64,000 nt of DNA, taken from the NCBI RefSeq assembly GCF_001194135.2, contig NC_068992.1, positions 14,583,503-14,647,502 of the forward strand, in the 5' to 3' direction. Below are positions 1-11,800 of this stretch, one piece after another. A program made the position numbers and the translations under genes. Below the pieces are notes generated by a model that worked only from the letters and a program-made list of their open reading frames with translations, did not search any database and was not told the origin of the DNA. This DNA comes from Octopus bimaculoides (Eukaryota). Each line of letters starts with the position of its first letter. Position 1 is the first letter of the stretch.

Positions 1-8
1 GACATTGA

Positions 9-271
9 ATGATGATGATGATGATGATGATGACAACGACGATGATGATGATGATGATGACGATGATGATGACGATGATGGGTTTATTGAGGCAATGTGA
101 CTTGCAGTTTATACCAATGCTATTTTTCAGTAGATATTCAATGTCATTACTGGAAGAACCATGAAATTTAATTTCACAGTGGAAGAGGACAACAACAATG
201 ATGATGATGATGATGATAATGATGATGAAAATGATGATGATGACGACGACGACGACGACGATGATGATGAT
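9..271. repeat. (GAT/GAC)n trinucleotide microsatellites
   Basis: Two tracts of gatgatgat/gacgacgac separated by about 110 bp of unique sequence. Confidence 0.95.
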
Positions 272-1287
272 GTAACTCAATCTTTTTGAGTACACTCTCT
301 TTACTCCAACTTGTTAGCAGACCGGCTCAAAGACTTACCGATGGAATTTTGCAATGACACATTATCCACACGCTTTGTACAATGTCAAAATTTTAACATC
401 ACTATTTTTGGACACCAGCTTTTGTAAATATATTTGAAATTTGATTTATGTTTGTACAACCATTAACATACTTTCTGTGATTTACAGATTTTGCCTGATT
501 GGTTAAAGTTGATTTACATATGTTTGTTAGTACACAGTTACAATACTTGCAGACTGTATTATCATTCTTCCACAGAAGACACTTAAAACTGACTTTTCCC
601 AGCTATTGCTATATTGTCTGCTAACGTTAGCATTCTATTTTTCTGTTGTGACTGACTGTTAATAAGATAAGGGGAAATTTTACAATGGGGGCACGTTGCA
701 ATTATTATAACTTGAGAATATTTTTTGTTTTTATCTTATTAAAGCACAGAGTTGAAGCTTGAAATCAGTGAACTAGGCAAAGATATAAGCCATGATGTAA
801 CCAACAAAATGTTGAGCATGGCTGGCTCATCCGAGTTCTTACACTCAGCCCCATGATCTGCTGATCAAATTCATTGTAGAAGCAAAAATAACTGGAAGTT
901 AGGGTGGACATACCAAGGCACAAGAAAGAGGTACTGGGCTCTAATGTTGTGTAACAGTTTAAGAAGCTCTCCTGAAAGAGAAGATGGTCATTATGTATGA
1001 TGACTGCCTCTTAATATCTGGAGTGATGAGGAATATTAAGGAGTTAGGCCAGAAGAAGAAAGGGCTAAAGAGGTGAAGAGCTTGATTAGTATTGTAAATG
1101 TGGGAGGAAAGGTAGTGTAACAAGGCCTAAAACTGAAACCTTACAGGTTTAGTAACTAGGATCAGACCATACTAAGATTGGGTGACATACCCTGAGTATC
1201 AACCAATCAGGTTGCAGAAATATCACCTTGTATTATAAAATGTTCTGTGATGTTTCCTGCTTTAATGGGTTATATATTATAAGTAAC

Positions 1288-1678
1288 AGTGGAGGCGCAA
1301 TGACTCAGTGGTTAGGGCTGCGGACACGCGGTCATAGGATCGCAGTTTCGATTCCCAGACCGGGCGTTGTGAGTGTTTATTGAGCGAAAACACCTAAAGC
1401 TCCACGAGGCTCCAGCAGGGGGCAGTGGCGACCCCTGCTGTACTCTTTCACCACAACTTTCTCTCACTCTTTCTTCCTGTTTCTCTTGTGCCTGTAATTC
1501 AAAGGGTCAGCCTTGTCACACTCTGTGTCACACTGAATATCCCCGCGAACTACGTTAAGGGTACACATGTCTGTGGAGTGCTCAGCCACTTGCACATTAA
1601 TTTCACGAGCAGGCTGTTCCGTTGATCCGATCAACTGGAACCCTCGACGTCGTAAGCGACGGAGTGCCAACAACAACA
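1288..1678 (+). mobile_element. Full-length tRNA-derived SINE, family A head + tail 1
   Basis: A-box-like tgactcagtgg and B-box-like gtttcgattccc in the head, a 3' stem-loop gttccgttgatccgatcaactggaac, and a (CAA)n tail. A 12-bp TSD attataagtaac lies at 1276-1287 and 1679-1690. Confidence 0.93.
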
Positions 1679-2283
1679 ATTATAAGTAACTGCATGGGCA
1701 AGTACAGCCAGAGAGGCAGAGAGGTGGCTGAGGACGATATGTGCTTTTATGTTTTTGCATGTTGACACAGACAACAAGTCCTTAAGAAAATAAAGTTATT
1801 TGGTTGCTATTCTACTCAAGTTAAAGGAAACGTTGACTACGGAAAACAGAATATCTTTTTCTGCCTCTTGCATGAAGCTGCTCATTTCTGTTATTCATGT
1901 AATTAGGAACTACCCTTTACTTCTGGCACAACACACTACTGGTAAGGGTCTGTATAATTATGTAAATATCGTGATATGTTCCCTTAAAAAATAAATGTTA
2001 ATTAAAGTCTAGAGCTGATTTTAATGTGGGACAACACACAGTCTAAATGTCATACTAATTTATCAATACCCATTTAATCTTTCTTGACAGCAGTAACTAC
2101 AGGCTTGAAGGTTTTACTAAGGCATTTCGAATTGAGTGCAGTGGGGCAATTGCAAGTGGAGGCAACAAGGTGGCCAGAGTTGAGTATCTTTGTAGGAAGG
2201 CAAATGTGTTTCTGACTCTGTGTGTACATGTATATATGTATGCATGGATGAGTATGTGTTTGTCTGAATCTGTTTGTATTCTG

Positions 2284-2355
2284 TGTCCATCCATCCATCC
2301 ATCCATCCATCTATCAATCTATCTATGTATCTGTCTGTCTGTCTAGCTATCTATG

Positions 2356-2431
<76 letters not shown>

Positions 2432-3229
2432 NNNNNNNNNNNNNNNNNNNNNNNNNNNNNNNNNNNNNNNNNNNNNNNNNNNNNNNNNNNNNNNNNNNNN
2501 NNNNNNNNNNNNNNNNNNNNNNNNNNNNNNNNNNNNNNNNNNNNNNNNNNNNNNNNNNNNNNNNNNNNNNNNNNNNNNNNNNNNNNNNNNNNNNNNNNNN
2601 NNNNNNNNNNNNNNNNNNNNNNNNNNNNNNNNNNNNNNNNNNNNNNNNNNNNNNNNNNNNNNNNNNNNNNNNNNNNNNNNNNNNNNNNNNNNNNNNNNNN
2701 NNNNNNNNNNNNNNNNNNNNNNNNNNNNNNNNNNNNNNNNNNNNNNNNNNNNNNNNNNNNNNNNNNNNNNNNNNNNNNNNNNNNNNNNNNNNNNNNNNNN
2801 NNNNNNNNNNNNNNNNNNNNNNNNNNNNNNNNNNNNNNNNNNNNNNNNNNNNNNNNNNNNNNNNNNNNNNNNNNNNNNNNNNNNNNNNNNNNNNNNNNNN
2901 NNNNNNNNNNNNNNNNNNNNNNNNNNNNNNNNNNNNNNNNNNNNNNNNNNNNNNNNNNNNNNNNNNNNNNNNNNNNNNNNNNNNNNNNNNNNNNNNNNNN
3001 NNNNNNNNNNNNNNNNNNNNNNNNNNNNNNNNNNNNNNNNNNNNNNNNNNNNNNNNNNNNNNNNNNNNNNNNNNNNNNNNNNNNNNNNNNNNNNNNNNNN
3101 NNNNNNNNNNNNNNNNNNNNNNNNNNNNNNNNNNNNNNNNNNNNNNNNNNNNNNNNNNNNNNNNNNNNNNNNNNNNNNNNNNNNNNNNNNNNNNNNNNNN
3201 NNNNNNNNNNNNCTATCTCTATCTATCTG

Positions 3230-3264
<35 letters not shown>

Positions 3265-3375
3265 GTCTGTCTATCTCTGTCTATCTATCTATCTGCCAGT
3301 CTGTCTGTCTATCTCTGTCTATCTATCTATCTACCTATCTATCTGTATGTATGTATGTATGTATGTATGTACATA
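2284..3375. repeat. Compound tetranucleotide microsatellite (TCCA/TCTA/TCTG/TATG) spanning an N-gap
   Basis: Direct reading; gap at 2432-3212. Confidence 0.95.
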
Positions 3376-3911
3376 TGCATGTATGTGCAGGCAGACCAAC
3401 AGACAGATTCTGTGCTTTTACATCACAATGGCAAAGCCGCCCACTATATTCAGAGTGGAAGGCCTTTCACCCGCTCTTAGCAACAGCTGCAAGTCATCAA
3501 TCAAAACAAACTAATGATGCATTCATACAAAGTATGACCTGCAGGCCCTCCCCCTCTTACAACTAGCATGCAGTCAGCCCTTCTAGCACCCCAAAACTGT
3601 TAAAGCCACCACATTCGCTGAGCATTCTCGTATTAAAGTCTATTCTGAACATAGCATAAATCTCCTCCCAGAGTCTCTTTCCTTGTTCTATTTACCTTAT
3701 CATTACATGCGCATATTCGACCAGGGCAAAAGCTTCTCTCGTGACTCCCAAAGTTACCAATTCTGATGATATTCTTGCCTTCAGATCAGGGAGAAGCTAC
3801 AATGCACAGCCATTGTTGTATGACCCAGCAGATGTTTGTCCAGTCGAATGTAGGTGTGGTGTTTCTAGAATTTGTGAAGCTGTTCTATCATGAGCGTCAA
3901 CCTCTTAGTTT

Positions 3912-4370
3912 TATGTCTGTCTGTCTGTGTGTCTGTCTGTGTGTCTGTCTGTTTGTCTGTCTGTATGTCTGTCTGTCTGTATGTATGTATGTATGTATGA
4001 ATTTATGTGCGTGTGTGTGTACGTATTATGTATGTATGTATGAATTTATGTATGTATGTATGTAAGCTTGTGTGTGTACGCATGTATGTATGTATGTGTA
4101 TGTGTGCATATGTGTGTGTGCGTACGTGTGAGTATGTATGTATGGCTGTATGCATATATGTATGTATGTATGTATGTGCATGTGTGCATATGTGTGTGTA
4201 TACGTGTGAGTATGTATGTATGGCTGTATGCATATATGTATGTATGTGTGAATTTATGTATGAATGCATGTATGTCTGTATATATGTATGTGGGCATGCA
4301 TGTATTTGTGTGTGTGTGTGTATGAATTTATGTATGTACATGTGTATGTATGTATGCATGCATGTATGTA
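3912..4370. repeat. Degenerate (TCTG)/(TATG)/(TG) microsatellite with an internal ~75-bp duplication
   Basis: tacgtgtgagtatgtatgtatggctgtatgcatatatgtatgt occurs twice (about 4123 and 4201). Confidence 0.9.
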
Positions 4371-4661
4371 TAAATCCCCAAAAGAATGCAACAGACGACA
4401 ATAAAACATCTAGACAGATAGATGATACAAAGATGGACAGGAAAAACAACAAAAGGACAGACAGGAAAAATCAAGGATGGGTTATTCGTGGCCTTCTTTC
4501 CTCAGTCAAGTTTCCAGATTATCCTTACAATTTCGGCCGGTTACACTTGAGGCCATTCAAATCTAGTTGATGCATGTTTGTATTTATGAACGCATGTAGA
4601 TTGTTAGACAGGTATTTAGATATACATCTATATTTCTGTATGTGTGTGTGTGTGTATGCAT

Positions 4662-4693
<32 letters not shown>

Positions 4694-5004
4694 ACACAGG
4701 GTTCAGATTAAATTTGCTAATTTCTTGTATGTCTCCTTTTCTCAGCAGTATTTGTTATTTAAGTTCAAGTGCTTATCTATAAGTTTCATTATTGAACGAA
4801 CTATATTTGTTTTAAGCTGCATCGCTAAGGGGATTATTAACCAGATGTTATCCTTGTTTCATTTATTTTTAATATTATTATTTTTAATGTAGAAACTGTC
4901 CTCAATACTATTATAGAATGTAAAGTTATGGTTATAATTCTTCTTCTTCTTTCTTTAGTTATTTTTATTATTATTACTATCAGTTTTATTGGGGTTATTT
5001 CTGT

Positions 5005-5157
5005 ACATCATCATCATCATCATCATCGTTTAACGTCCGCTTTCCATGCTAGCATGGGTTGGACGATTTGACTGAGGACTGGTGAAACCGGATGGCAACA
5101 CCAGGCTCCAGTCTGATTTGGCAGTGTTTCTACAGCTGGATGCCCTTCCTAACGCCA
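5005..5157 (-). mobile_element. SINE family C 3' tail fragment, 5'-truncated
   Basis: Reverse complement of the tail ...ggcgttaggaagggcatccagctgtagaaac...ggacgttaaacgatgatg, matching 6040-6190. Confidence 0.9.
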
Positions 5158-5584
5158 GTTTATATATTTTATATATTTTATATACCTTGGTATTGTCATT
5201 CCTAACAGGGCCTATATTGGTTCTTAGAGGTACGTTATTTTTATTTTTATTTATATTTTATTATTATTCATATTAGTATTCTTAATATTATTTTTCTCAT
5301 TATTGGTATTTCTATCATTATCATTTTTAATGTTGTTATTTATATTAATCTGAATTTTATCATTCTTCCTACTATTTTTGTTATTAGTACTGTTAATCTT
5401 ATTAATGTTGTTCATATTGTTGTTGTGGTTGTTAGTGTCAATTGGGGTGTAATTCCTGTTATAATAGTTTTGGGCGTTTATGTTAGTTGAGTTATTTTTA
5501 TTTTGTTCTGTGTATAGGTATTTAATGTTTTGCTTATAACCTGTTTTTTTCTAATGCACTATTGAAATCAAATTCGATGACAGC

Positions 5585-6250
5585 ATCGCATGACTGGCAT
5601 CTGTGCTAGTGGAGCGCTAAGAGCACCATCCGAGCATGACCGTTGCCGGGGCCACTGACTGGCTCCCGTGCTGGTGACACTAAAAAGCACTATTCGAGCA
5701 TGATTGTTACAAGTGTCGCCTTACTGGCACTTGTGCTGGTGGCACTTGAAAAATAATATTCGAGTGAGGTCATTGCCAGGACCACTGGACTGGCTCCTGT
5801 GCAGGTGGCATGTAAAAAACACCGTTTGAGCGTGGCCGTTGCCAGTACCGCCTGACTGGCACTTGTGCTGGTGGCTCGTAAAAAGCACCATCCGAACATG
5901 GCTGATGCCAGTACCCCCTGACTGGCTCTCATGCCGGTGGCACGTAAAAAGCACTATCTGAACACGATCGATGCCAGGCCTGCCTGACTGGCTCCCATGC
6001 TGGTGGCACATAAAAAGCACCCACTACACTCTCGGAGTGGTTGGCGTTAGGAAGGGCATCCAGCTGTAGAAACACTGCCAGATCACATTGGAGCCTGGTG
6101 CAGCTGCTGGCTCTCCAGACCTCAGTCAAACCATCCTACCCATGCCAGCATGGAAAACGGACGTTAAACGATGACGATGATGATGATGATGACAACGACG
6201 ACGACGACGACGACGATGATGATGATGACAACGACGATGATGATGATGAT
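5585..6250 (+). mobile_element. SINE family C body with six to seven ~65-bp internal tandem units and a (GAT)n tail
   Basis: Repeated gcaccatccgag...tgactggc...gtgc(t/c)ggtggcacgtaaaaa units (5622-6016), then the conserved tail shared with 21290-21650. Confidence 0.88.
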
Positions 6251-6252
6251 GA

Positions 6253-6276
6253 TATACACATACATTTATACATACA

Positions 6277-6325
<49 letters not shown>

Positions 6326-6620
6326 ATACATGTATGTATGTATGTATATACATGTATGTATGTATGTATATACATGTATGTATGTATGTATATACATGTA
6401 TGTATGTATGTATATACATGTATGTATGTATGTATATACATGTATGTATGTATGTATATACATGTATGTATGTATGTATATACATGTATGTATGTATGTA
6501 TATACATGTATGTATGTATGTATGTATATACATGTATGTATGTATGTATGTATATACATGTATGTATGTATGTATGTATATACATGTATGTATGTATGTA
6601 TGTATGTATGTATGTATGTA
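6253..6620. repeat. (TA)n grading into a 16/20-bp higher-order TATACATG(TATG)n array
   Basis: Repeated tatacatgtatgtatg(tatg) units. Confidence 0.93.
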
Positions 6621-7480
6621 TAGGCAGTATACTTTGTATGTGTATACGAGTGTAATAGATGTTAGAGTAAAGCATTATGTTTCTCCATTAAGAGTCAAGT
6701 AGAACAATTGACCAATCAGAACTCGATACCTGGAGTGGTACTCACTCACATACACTTAGTTTCACCAAGTTCAAAACTTGCTGGTTTCATGGGCTTTTTT
6801 TTTTTTTTTTTTTTTTTTTACATTTGCTTTTCAATGTTAACTGTAGTATTTTCTTTTCTTTTTTTTTTGTTGTTGTATTCTACTTTTGTCATGTCTCTAC
6901 TTTTATCCATAAATATTTAATAACCACTGAATTTTGTGTGTTTTCACACCACTACAAACAGATTTGTTTTAAAAAAGATTAGAAGATTGAAATTAAAACG
7001 AAAATACAAAAAAAAATGTATGCTAATATGAATTACAATAGATAAAAAAAATGATGTACAAAATTAAATAAGCTTACTTGAGTAGTTTGACAATCAAACA
7101 TTATTCTGCTTTTGTTTAATTAGAAGCAAATTCTTTCAATTATAGGCTGACAGTCCACATGTACATGACATACACACAACCAAATGCATACACTCCTCTC
7201 ATATACACTCTCTCACACACACACACATACATACAAACACAGATGCATATAAAGCACCAAGTACATTGTATAAAGTGGTTGGCACATCGAGCTGAGAAAT
7301 GCACTTAGTACACTCTGTAAAGTGGATTGTGTTAAGAAGAGCATCCAGCCATTGGAACTGTGGCAGAAAACAAGAAAAAAAAAAAAAGAAAAAGACATTG
7401 GAGTAAAAGAGGGCCCTTTACAACGTTGAATCCTGTCGAATCATGTGACCTATCTCAGTGGATATAAAAGGTGTGTAAAA

Positions 7481-7599
7481 TGATGATGATGTTGGTAGTG
7501 ATGATGATGGTGGTGGTAGTGGTGGTGGTGGTGGTGGTGATGATGATGAAACTGATGATTATGATGATGATGATGATGGTGGTGGTGATGGTGATGAAA

Positions 7600-7635
<36 letters not shown>

Positions 7636-7685
7636 ATGATGATGATGATGATGATGCTGATATTGTTGATGATGATGATGATGAG
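7481..7685. repeat. (GAT/GGT)n microsatellite
   Basis: Direct reading; it explains the poly-M/V ORF in the track. Confidence 0.93.
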
Positions 7686-7949
7686 TTATATTACAGGATG
7701 TTTGGGTGAAATTTGATGATTTTTTTTTTTTATGTCTTCTTTTTTGTTAGTAACACCTCCATGTATTTGGTGAACAGTCAATGGCATTAGAGAACATAAA
7801 GATTAAAGTTATAGCCAAGAAAAAAGTTAGCTGACATTGAAGACTGGAAGCCATCTAAATATTGGAAAAGAGTTGCCTGTATCATGATGGTTTTTGCCAT
7901 GTATCAAAATGCCAACATCATGGCTGTTGCTCAATGCTCCATCAACGCT

Positions 7950-8192
7950 GCAAAGGTATCCATATGATATCCCACATATCGTGTAAACCAAGTTTCCACA
8001 AACTGTAATAGTCTTTGGGTGTGTCTCTAGTGAGGGTGATATCATGCTGCCTCACATCTTTGAACAAGGCCTTAGACTCAATTCAGACAGTTATGGAGAC
8101 TGTGGTTAATCCCTGGTTGAAGAGGGTTGCTACTGGGATGCCATATGTGTGGCAGCAGGATTTAGCACCTTGCCATATCTTTGGAAAAGTCA
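7950..8192 (+). pseudogene. Tc1/mariner transposase catalytic-domain remnant
   Basis: Frameshifted translation PYDIPHIV*TKFPQTVIVFGCVSSEGDIMLPHIFEQGLRLNSD / METVVNPWLKRVATGMPYVWQQDLAPCH. WQQD(S/L)APCH contains the second catalytic Asp of IS630-Tc1-mariner transposases. The remnant is cut by the SINE at 8193. Confidence 0.88.
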
Positions 8193-8500
8193 GTGGGCCA
8201 GTGGTTAAGGCAGCGGATTCATGGTTGGAGGATCGCGGTTTCGATTCCCAGACCGGGCGTTGTGTGTGTTTATTGAGCGAAAACACCTAAAGCTCCACAG
8301 GGCTCCGGCAGGGGGTGGTGGCGACCCCCTATTGTACTCTCTCACCCCAACTTTCTCTCACTCTTTCTTCCTGTTTCTTGAGTAACACTGCGATGGACTG
8401 GCGTCCCATCCAGCTGGGGGAGAACACATACACCATAGAAACCGGGAAACCGGACCCATGAGCCTGGCTAGGCTTGAAAAGAGCACATAAATAAAATAAA
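8193..8500 (+). mobile_element. SINE, family A head + tail 2
   Basis: Head and body match 1296-1485. It then switches to gcgatggactggcgtcccatccagctgggga...ggctaggcttgaaaag and an A-rich tail. Confidence 0.88.
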
Positions 8501-8735
8501 AATAAAATATACAAATTATGGAAGTTTAGTTCACAGGTGATCTAAACGATTAGGTACGCTAGGTAAGTGCTGTAATGGATTACTAGGGTTCGAAGGTTAT
8601 AGCTGAGACAGTAGTTATGGAGCCATAACAGATTTCCTATGCAGCAGAAATATAATTGTTAAAGTGGACAACAAACATTAAGGCAAGGTAAACATCTCAA
8701 GTCGTATGCATTATTATTATTGGAAAAAATTCAAA

Positions 8736-8791
8736 ATCTTACAGCTGTTTCTGGGATAACCTCGAATATGGGATATTCCGTCATCAGAAAC
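8736..8791 (-). ncRNA. Minimal (Penelope-type) hammerhead ribozyme motif
   Basis: Minus strand GUUU-CUGAUGA-[29-nt stem II region]-GAAAC-AGCU-GUA^AGAU, with palindromic stem III ACAGCUGU. Confidence 0.7.
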
Positions 8792-9126
8792 AAATAGGGG
8801 AAAAATAAGGAAAATGAGAATAGTACATATTAATGAGATGACAACATAGAGGAAGGGAGTAAAAGAATAAGGAGATGGAAAGAAAGAAGAAAAAAGAAGC
8901 ATAAAAGTTCATAGTTTAACTTTCTGAAGTTATAGAAACCAGAGTATGAGTCCTTAGGTGTAATCCTGTGTATGGTCTGGTTTCTATAAATTCGGAAAGT
9001 TGAACTATGAACTTTTATGCTTCTTTTTTTCTTCTTTCGTTCCATCTCCTTATTCTTTTACTTGCTTCCTCTGTCATTATCTCATTAATATGTACCATTC
9101 TCATTTTCCCTATTTTCCCCCTATTT

Positions 9127-9182
9127 GTCTCTGATGACGGAGTATCCCATACTCAGGGATATCCCAGAAACAGCTGTAAGAT
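9127..9182 (+). ncRNA. Minimal (Penelope-type) hammerhead ribozyme motif
   Basis: GUCU-CUGAUGA(9131-37)-CGGAGUAUCCC/GGGAUAUCCCA stem II-GAAAC(9167-71)-AGCU-GUA^AGAU. Stem I is 4 bp. The stem II closing pair is C.A rather than canonical. Confidence 0.75.
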
Positions 9183-9214
9183 TTTGAATTTTTTCCTTAA
9201 TGTTTGTTGTCCAC

Positions 9215-10440
9215 ATATATAAAAACTTGGGTGACAAAAGAAATTTTAACACAGTTGTCTGATTCATATTTTTGTCTAACATCAAAAAGATATTTCATAG
9301 AGGATAACCTTGAGCGTGCACTCCTTTCAATGTAGTTTATCTTCCACCAAACATTACTGTTTTGTTTTAACCCAACAATCAGGATGTAATTTCCGCTATT
9401 AAGACCTATTACTTTTATCAAACTTTGAAACAACTTGTTGAAGAAACAAAAGGTCAAAACAGACGATTTATAAGTGACTTAAGTGACTTTTGAAAATGAT
9501 CTGGTATCATGAAAACCATGGAAAACATGATAATAAAATGAGAAGAAACTTTGACCAGAAGTGTGCAATGACTTTTTGTAACTTGATGAAGAAATATAAT
9601 TTTATCAGCATTATTAACGGTACTGGAGAGATGGTTATCTAAAGGATAATGCAAAATGCCAATCTGGAAGATCTGAGGAATGGTAAGAGTTTTTTTGTTG
9701 AAGAGTAGTGGGAGCACTCCGTCGGTTATGACAATGAGGGTCCCAGCTGATACGATCAACGGAACAGCTTGCTCGTGAAATTAACACACAAGTGTCTGAG
9801 CAATCCACAGACACGTGTACCCCTAAATGTAGTTCCCAAGGAGATTCAGCATGACATAGAGTGTGACAAGGCCGGCCCTTTGAAATATAGGTACTACTAA
9901 TTTTTGCCAGCTGAGTGGACTGGAGCAACGTGAAATAAAATGTCTTGCTCAAGGCCACAACGCGTCACTGGGAATTGAACTCATGACCTTAAAATTGCGA
10001 GCCGAATGCCCTAACCACTAAGCCACGCGCCTGAAGAGTAGTAGGGTTAGCATAAAAACTCATTGAAAATTAGGTTGAAGTCTTTACTATAGAACCAACA
10101 TCACAAGAAAGAGTTGTTACTATTGAATTTGTTGGTAACAGCATCCCCAAGATCACAGGAATCATTGACCAGTTTATTGAGAACGGTTCTGACTGGGAAC
10201 ACAGTCTCAAGATGAAGGGATTTGTTCTTGAGAGAAGGTATCAGAAAATGCAAACTGCATTAGATTCTTCAAAAAACATTCTTTGAAAAGGCCAATGGAA
10301 AACAGATTATAGCAGCGACTCCATCTAAGAATATCTGAAGAAGGAATTTTATTCCGAAATATTATCAGACTATGGATAACTAAACTACAACAGGTAGATA
10401 GTCCATTTTTTTTTTGTATTATAGTGCCTTGTTGTACCAT
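9215..10440 (+). pseudogene. pogo/Tigger-type (DDE_1) transposase remnant, interrupted by a SINE
   Basis: Broken translation KTWVTKEI..., VVYLPPNITVLF*PNNQDVISAIKTYY (compare Tigger [25 protein letters not shown]), and a C-terminal DWEHSLKMK...QKMQTALDS. Confidence 0.85.
9710..10031 (-). mobile_element. SINE, family B head + tail 1
   Basis: tRNA-like head tggcttagtggttaggg...gagttcaattccc, body ccttgagcaagacattttatttcacgttgctccagtccactcagctggc, then tail 1. An 11-bp TSD tgaagagtagt lies at 9699-9709 and 10032-10042. Confidence 0.92.
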
Positions 10441-10621
10441 TCAAAACTTTTTATTCTTTACAATTAAAAACTGTTGATTGGAATGTCATTCCACTTATAA
10501 TCTATTCTCTTTTTTCTCATTTATGCATCTCAACGGAATTAATAGTGATAAAAATCCAAATTTATAGGTAAAAACTCAATTATATATATAATCAAAATAA
10601 GTAACAGGATATCAAGAAGTG

Positions 10622-10709
10622 ATGCAGTACGACCGTTTCAAGTGGCTTCATTTAACTGAACAATGCAATCATTACATCAATTTAAATGCAAAGCTATCAT
10701 CAGCTGCAC
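10622..10709 (-). ncRNA. Hammerhead ribozyme motif (Penelope-type, long stem II)
   Basis: Minus strand GUGCAG-CUGAUGA-UAGCUU...GAAGCCACUU-GAAAC-GGUC-GUA^CUGCAU. Stem I is 6 bp. Stem III ACGGUCGU is self-complementary with two G.U pairs. Confidence 0.78.
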
Positions 10710-11429
10710 AAGTAAATAGAATTTTAATCAGTTGGATACATTAATATAGTTTTTCTCAAATGTTTTAACTGAGCAAGAAGATGGAAGAAATTCATGTCGT
10801 CGCTATTGTAGCTAAGAATAGACTACACTTCCAAGAAAGGCACGACGCCCACTGGGGTCATAGCTTGTAAAGGATTGTGGTTCATTTCTAATTTGTCTTT
10901 TTATCAACCACTGAATCTAAGACTAGAGGACTGTGTCTGTTTTGAATAAAGGACAAGAGTGAGTTGGCAGCTCATGGTTAGGTATGGTCATAAACATTGT
11001 CGAGACATTAGGAGTAGTAAGTTGTGCATAGAGTAACTAGAAATATAAATATATAGTTAAATTTGATGTCTGGCACCCATGCCAACGTCGTCACCCNNNN
11101 NNNNNNNNNNNNNNNNNNNNNNNNNNNNNNNNNNNNNNNNNNNNNNNNNNNNNNNNNNNNNNNNNNNNNNNNNNNNNNNNNNNNNNNNNNNNNNNNATAT
11201 ATATATATATAGCTTCAGCTCATAGAATAAAAAAGAGAGGGAGGGAGGGAAAGAGGAGGCATATAAGTGTGTTTGTGAGGGAGAGAGAGGGAGGAGTAGT
11301 ATATAAGTGTGTGTGTGTGTGAGAGAGAGACAGAATGAGAGAGAGTAGAAAAGGTGACGAGAATGACAATCAAGAAAGAGAGAGGGAGAGAGAGAAATGT
11401 AAGTAAATGATAGAGATAGGGTGTTAGAG

Positions 11430-11800
11430 TGAGAGAAACAAGGAAGGAAAAGAACTATTGCGAGAGTGAAGTCGTTAGTCATTTTTTTTTTATGGTTGTA
11501 GGTGGTGTAGTATGTATACATGGAGGAGAGAGCTGCATCGAGGAATATCTTGTGTTTAAAAAACAATTATTTCATATACATTGGAAGCGAGAGAGCGAAA
11601 GAAAGAAGGAAAAAAAAAATCAAACGGCAAGCAAAGGCAAAATAATATTGGATAAAGGTAAGCGGTGATTGTTGATAATTTTTGCAGTAGTTAATTGCTG
11701 AAGACGTAGATAAACAGGTTGTATGTTGAATCACACAAAAAAAAGTTTGCAAGCAAAAGTGCCGACTGATTTTATCCCGGTGAAATAACTACACTTTGAA
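11430..11800. promoter_or_regulatory. Candidate promoter or non-coding first-exon region of an unidentified host gene
   Basis: Unique sequence with many retained CpGs, flanked by GA/CT tracts. Inr-like TCAGTC on minus (11764-69) and donor-like AAG|GTAAGC on plus (11658). Orientation is unresolved. Confidence 0.25.

Larger units (their letters stand above)
8722..9196. mobile_element. Foldback (inverted pair) of Penelope-like terminal segments
   Basis: Arms 8722-8943 and 8976-9196 are reverse complements (about 90% identical by eye; 6 differences in the outer 69 bp) with a 32-bp spacer. Each arm carries a hammerhead core. Confidence 0.85.

Noticed and set aside
5069-5095. CUGAGGA-CUGGU-GAAAC in family C SINEs
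   Set aside because: Only 5 nt separate the core halves, so no stem II is possible, and there is no UH site. It is antisense to the SINE.
5590-6016. CRISPR-like repeat/spacer appearance
   Set aside because: The units are homologous along their whole length and diverged, with no unique spacers and no cas genes. The array is internal to a eukaryotic SINE.
10331-10372. CUGAAGA-AGGAAU-UUU-AUUCC-GAAAU-AUU-AUC hammerhead-like motif
   Set aside because: Stem II is perfect, but stem I cannot form beyond one pair. The core UCUGA pairs with downstream UCAGA into an ordinary hairpin.
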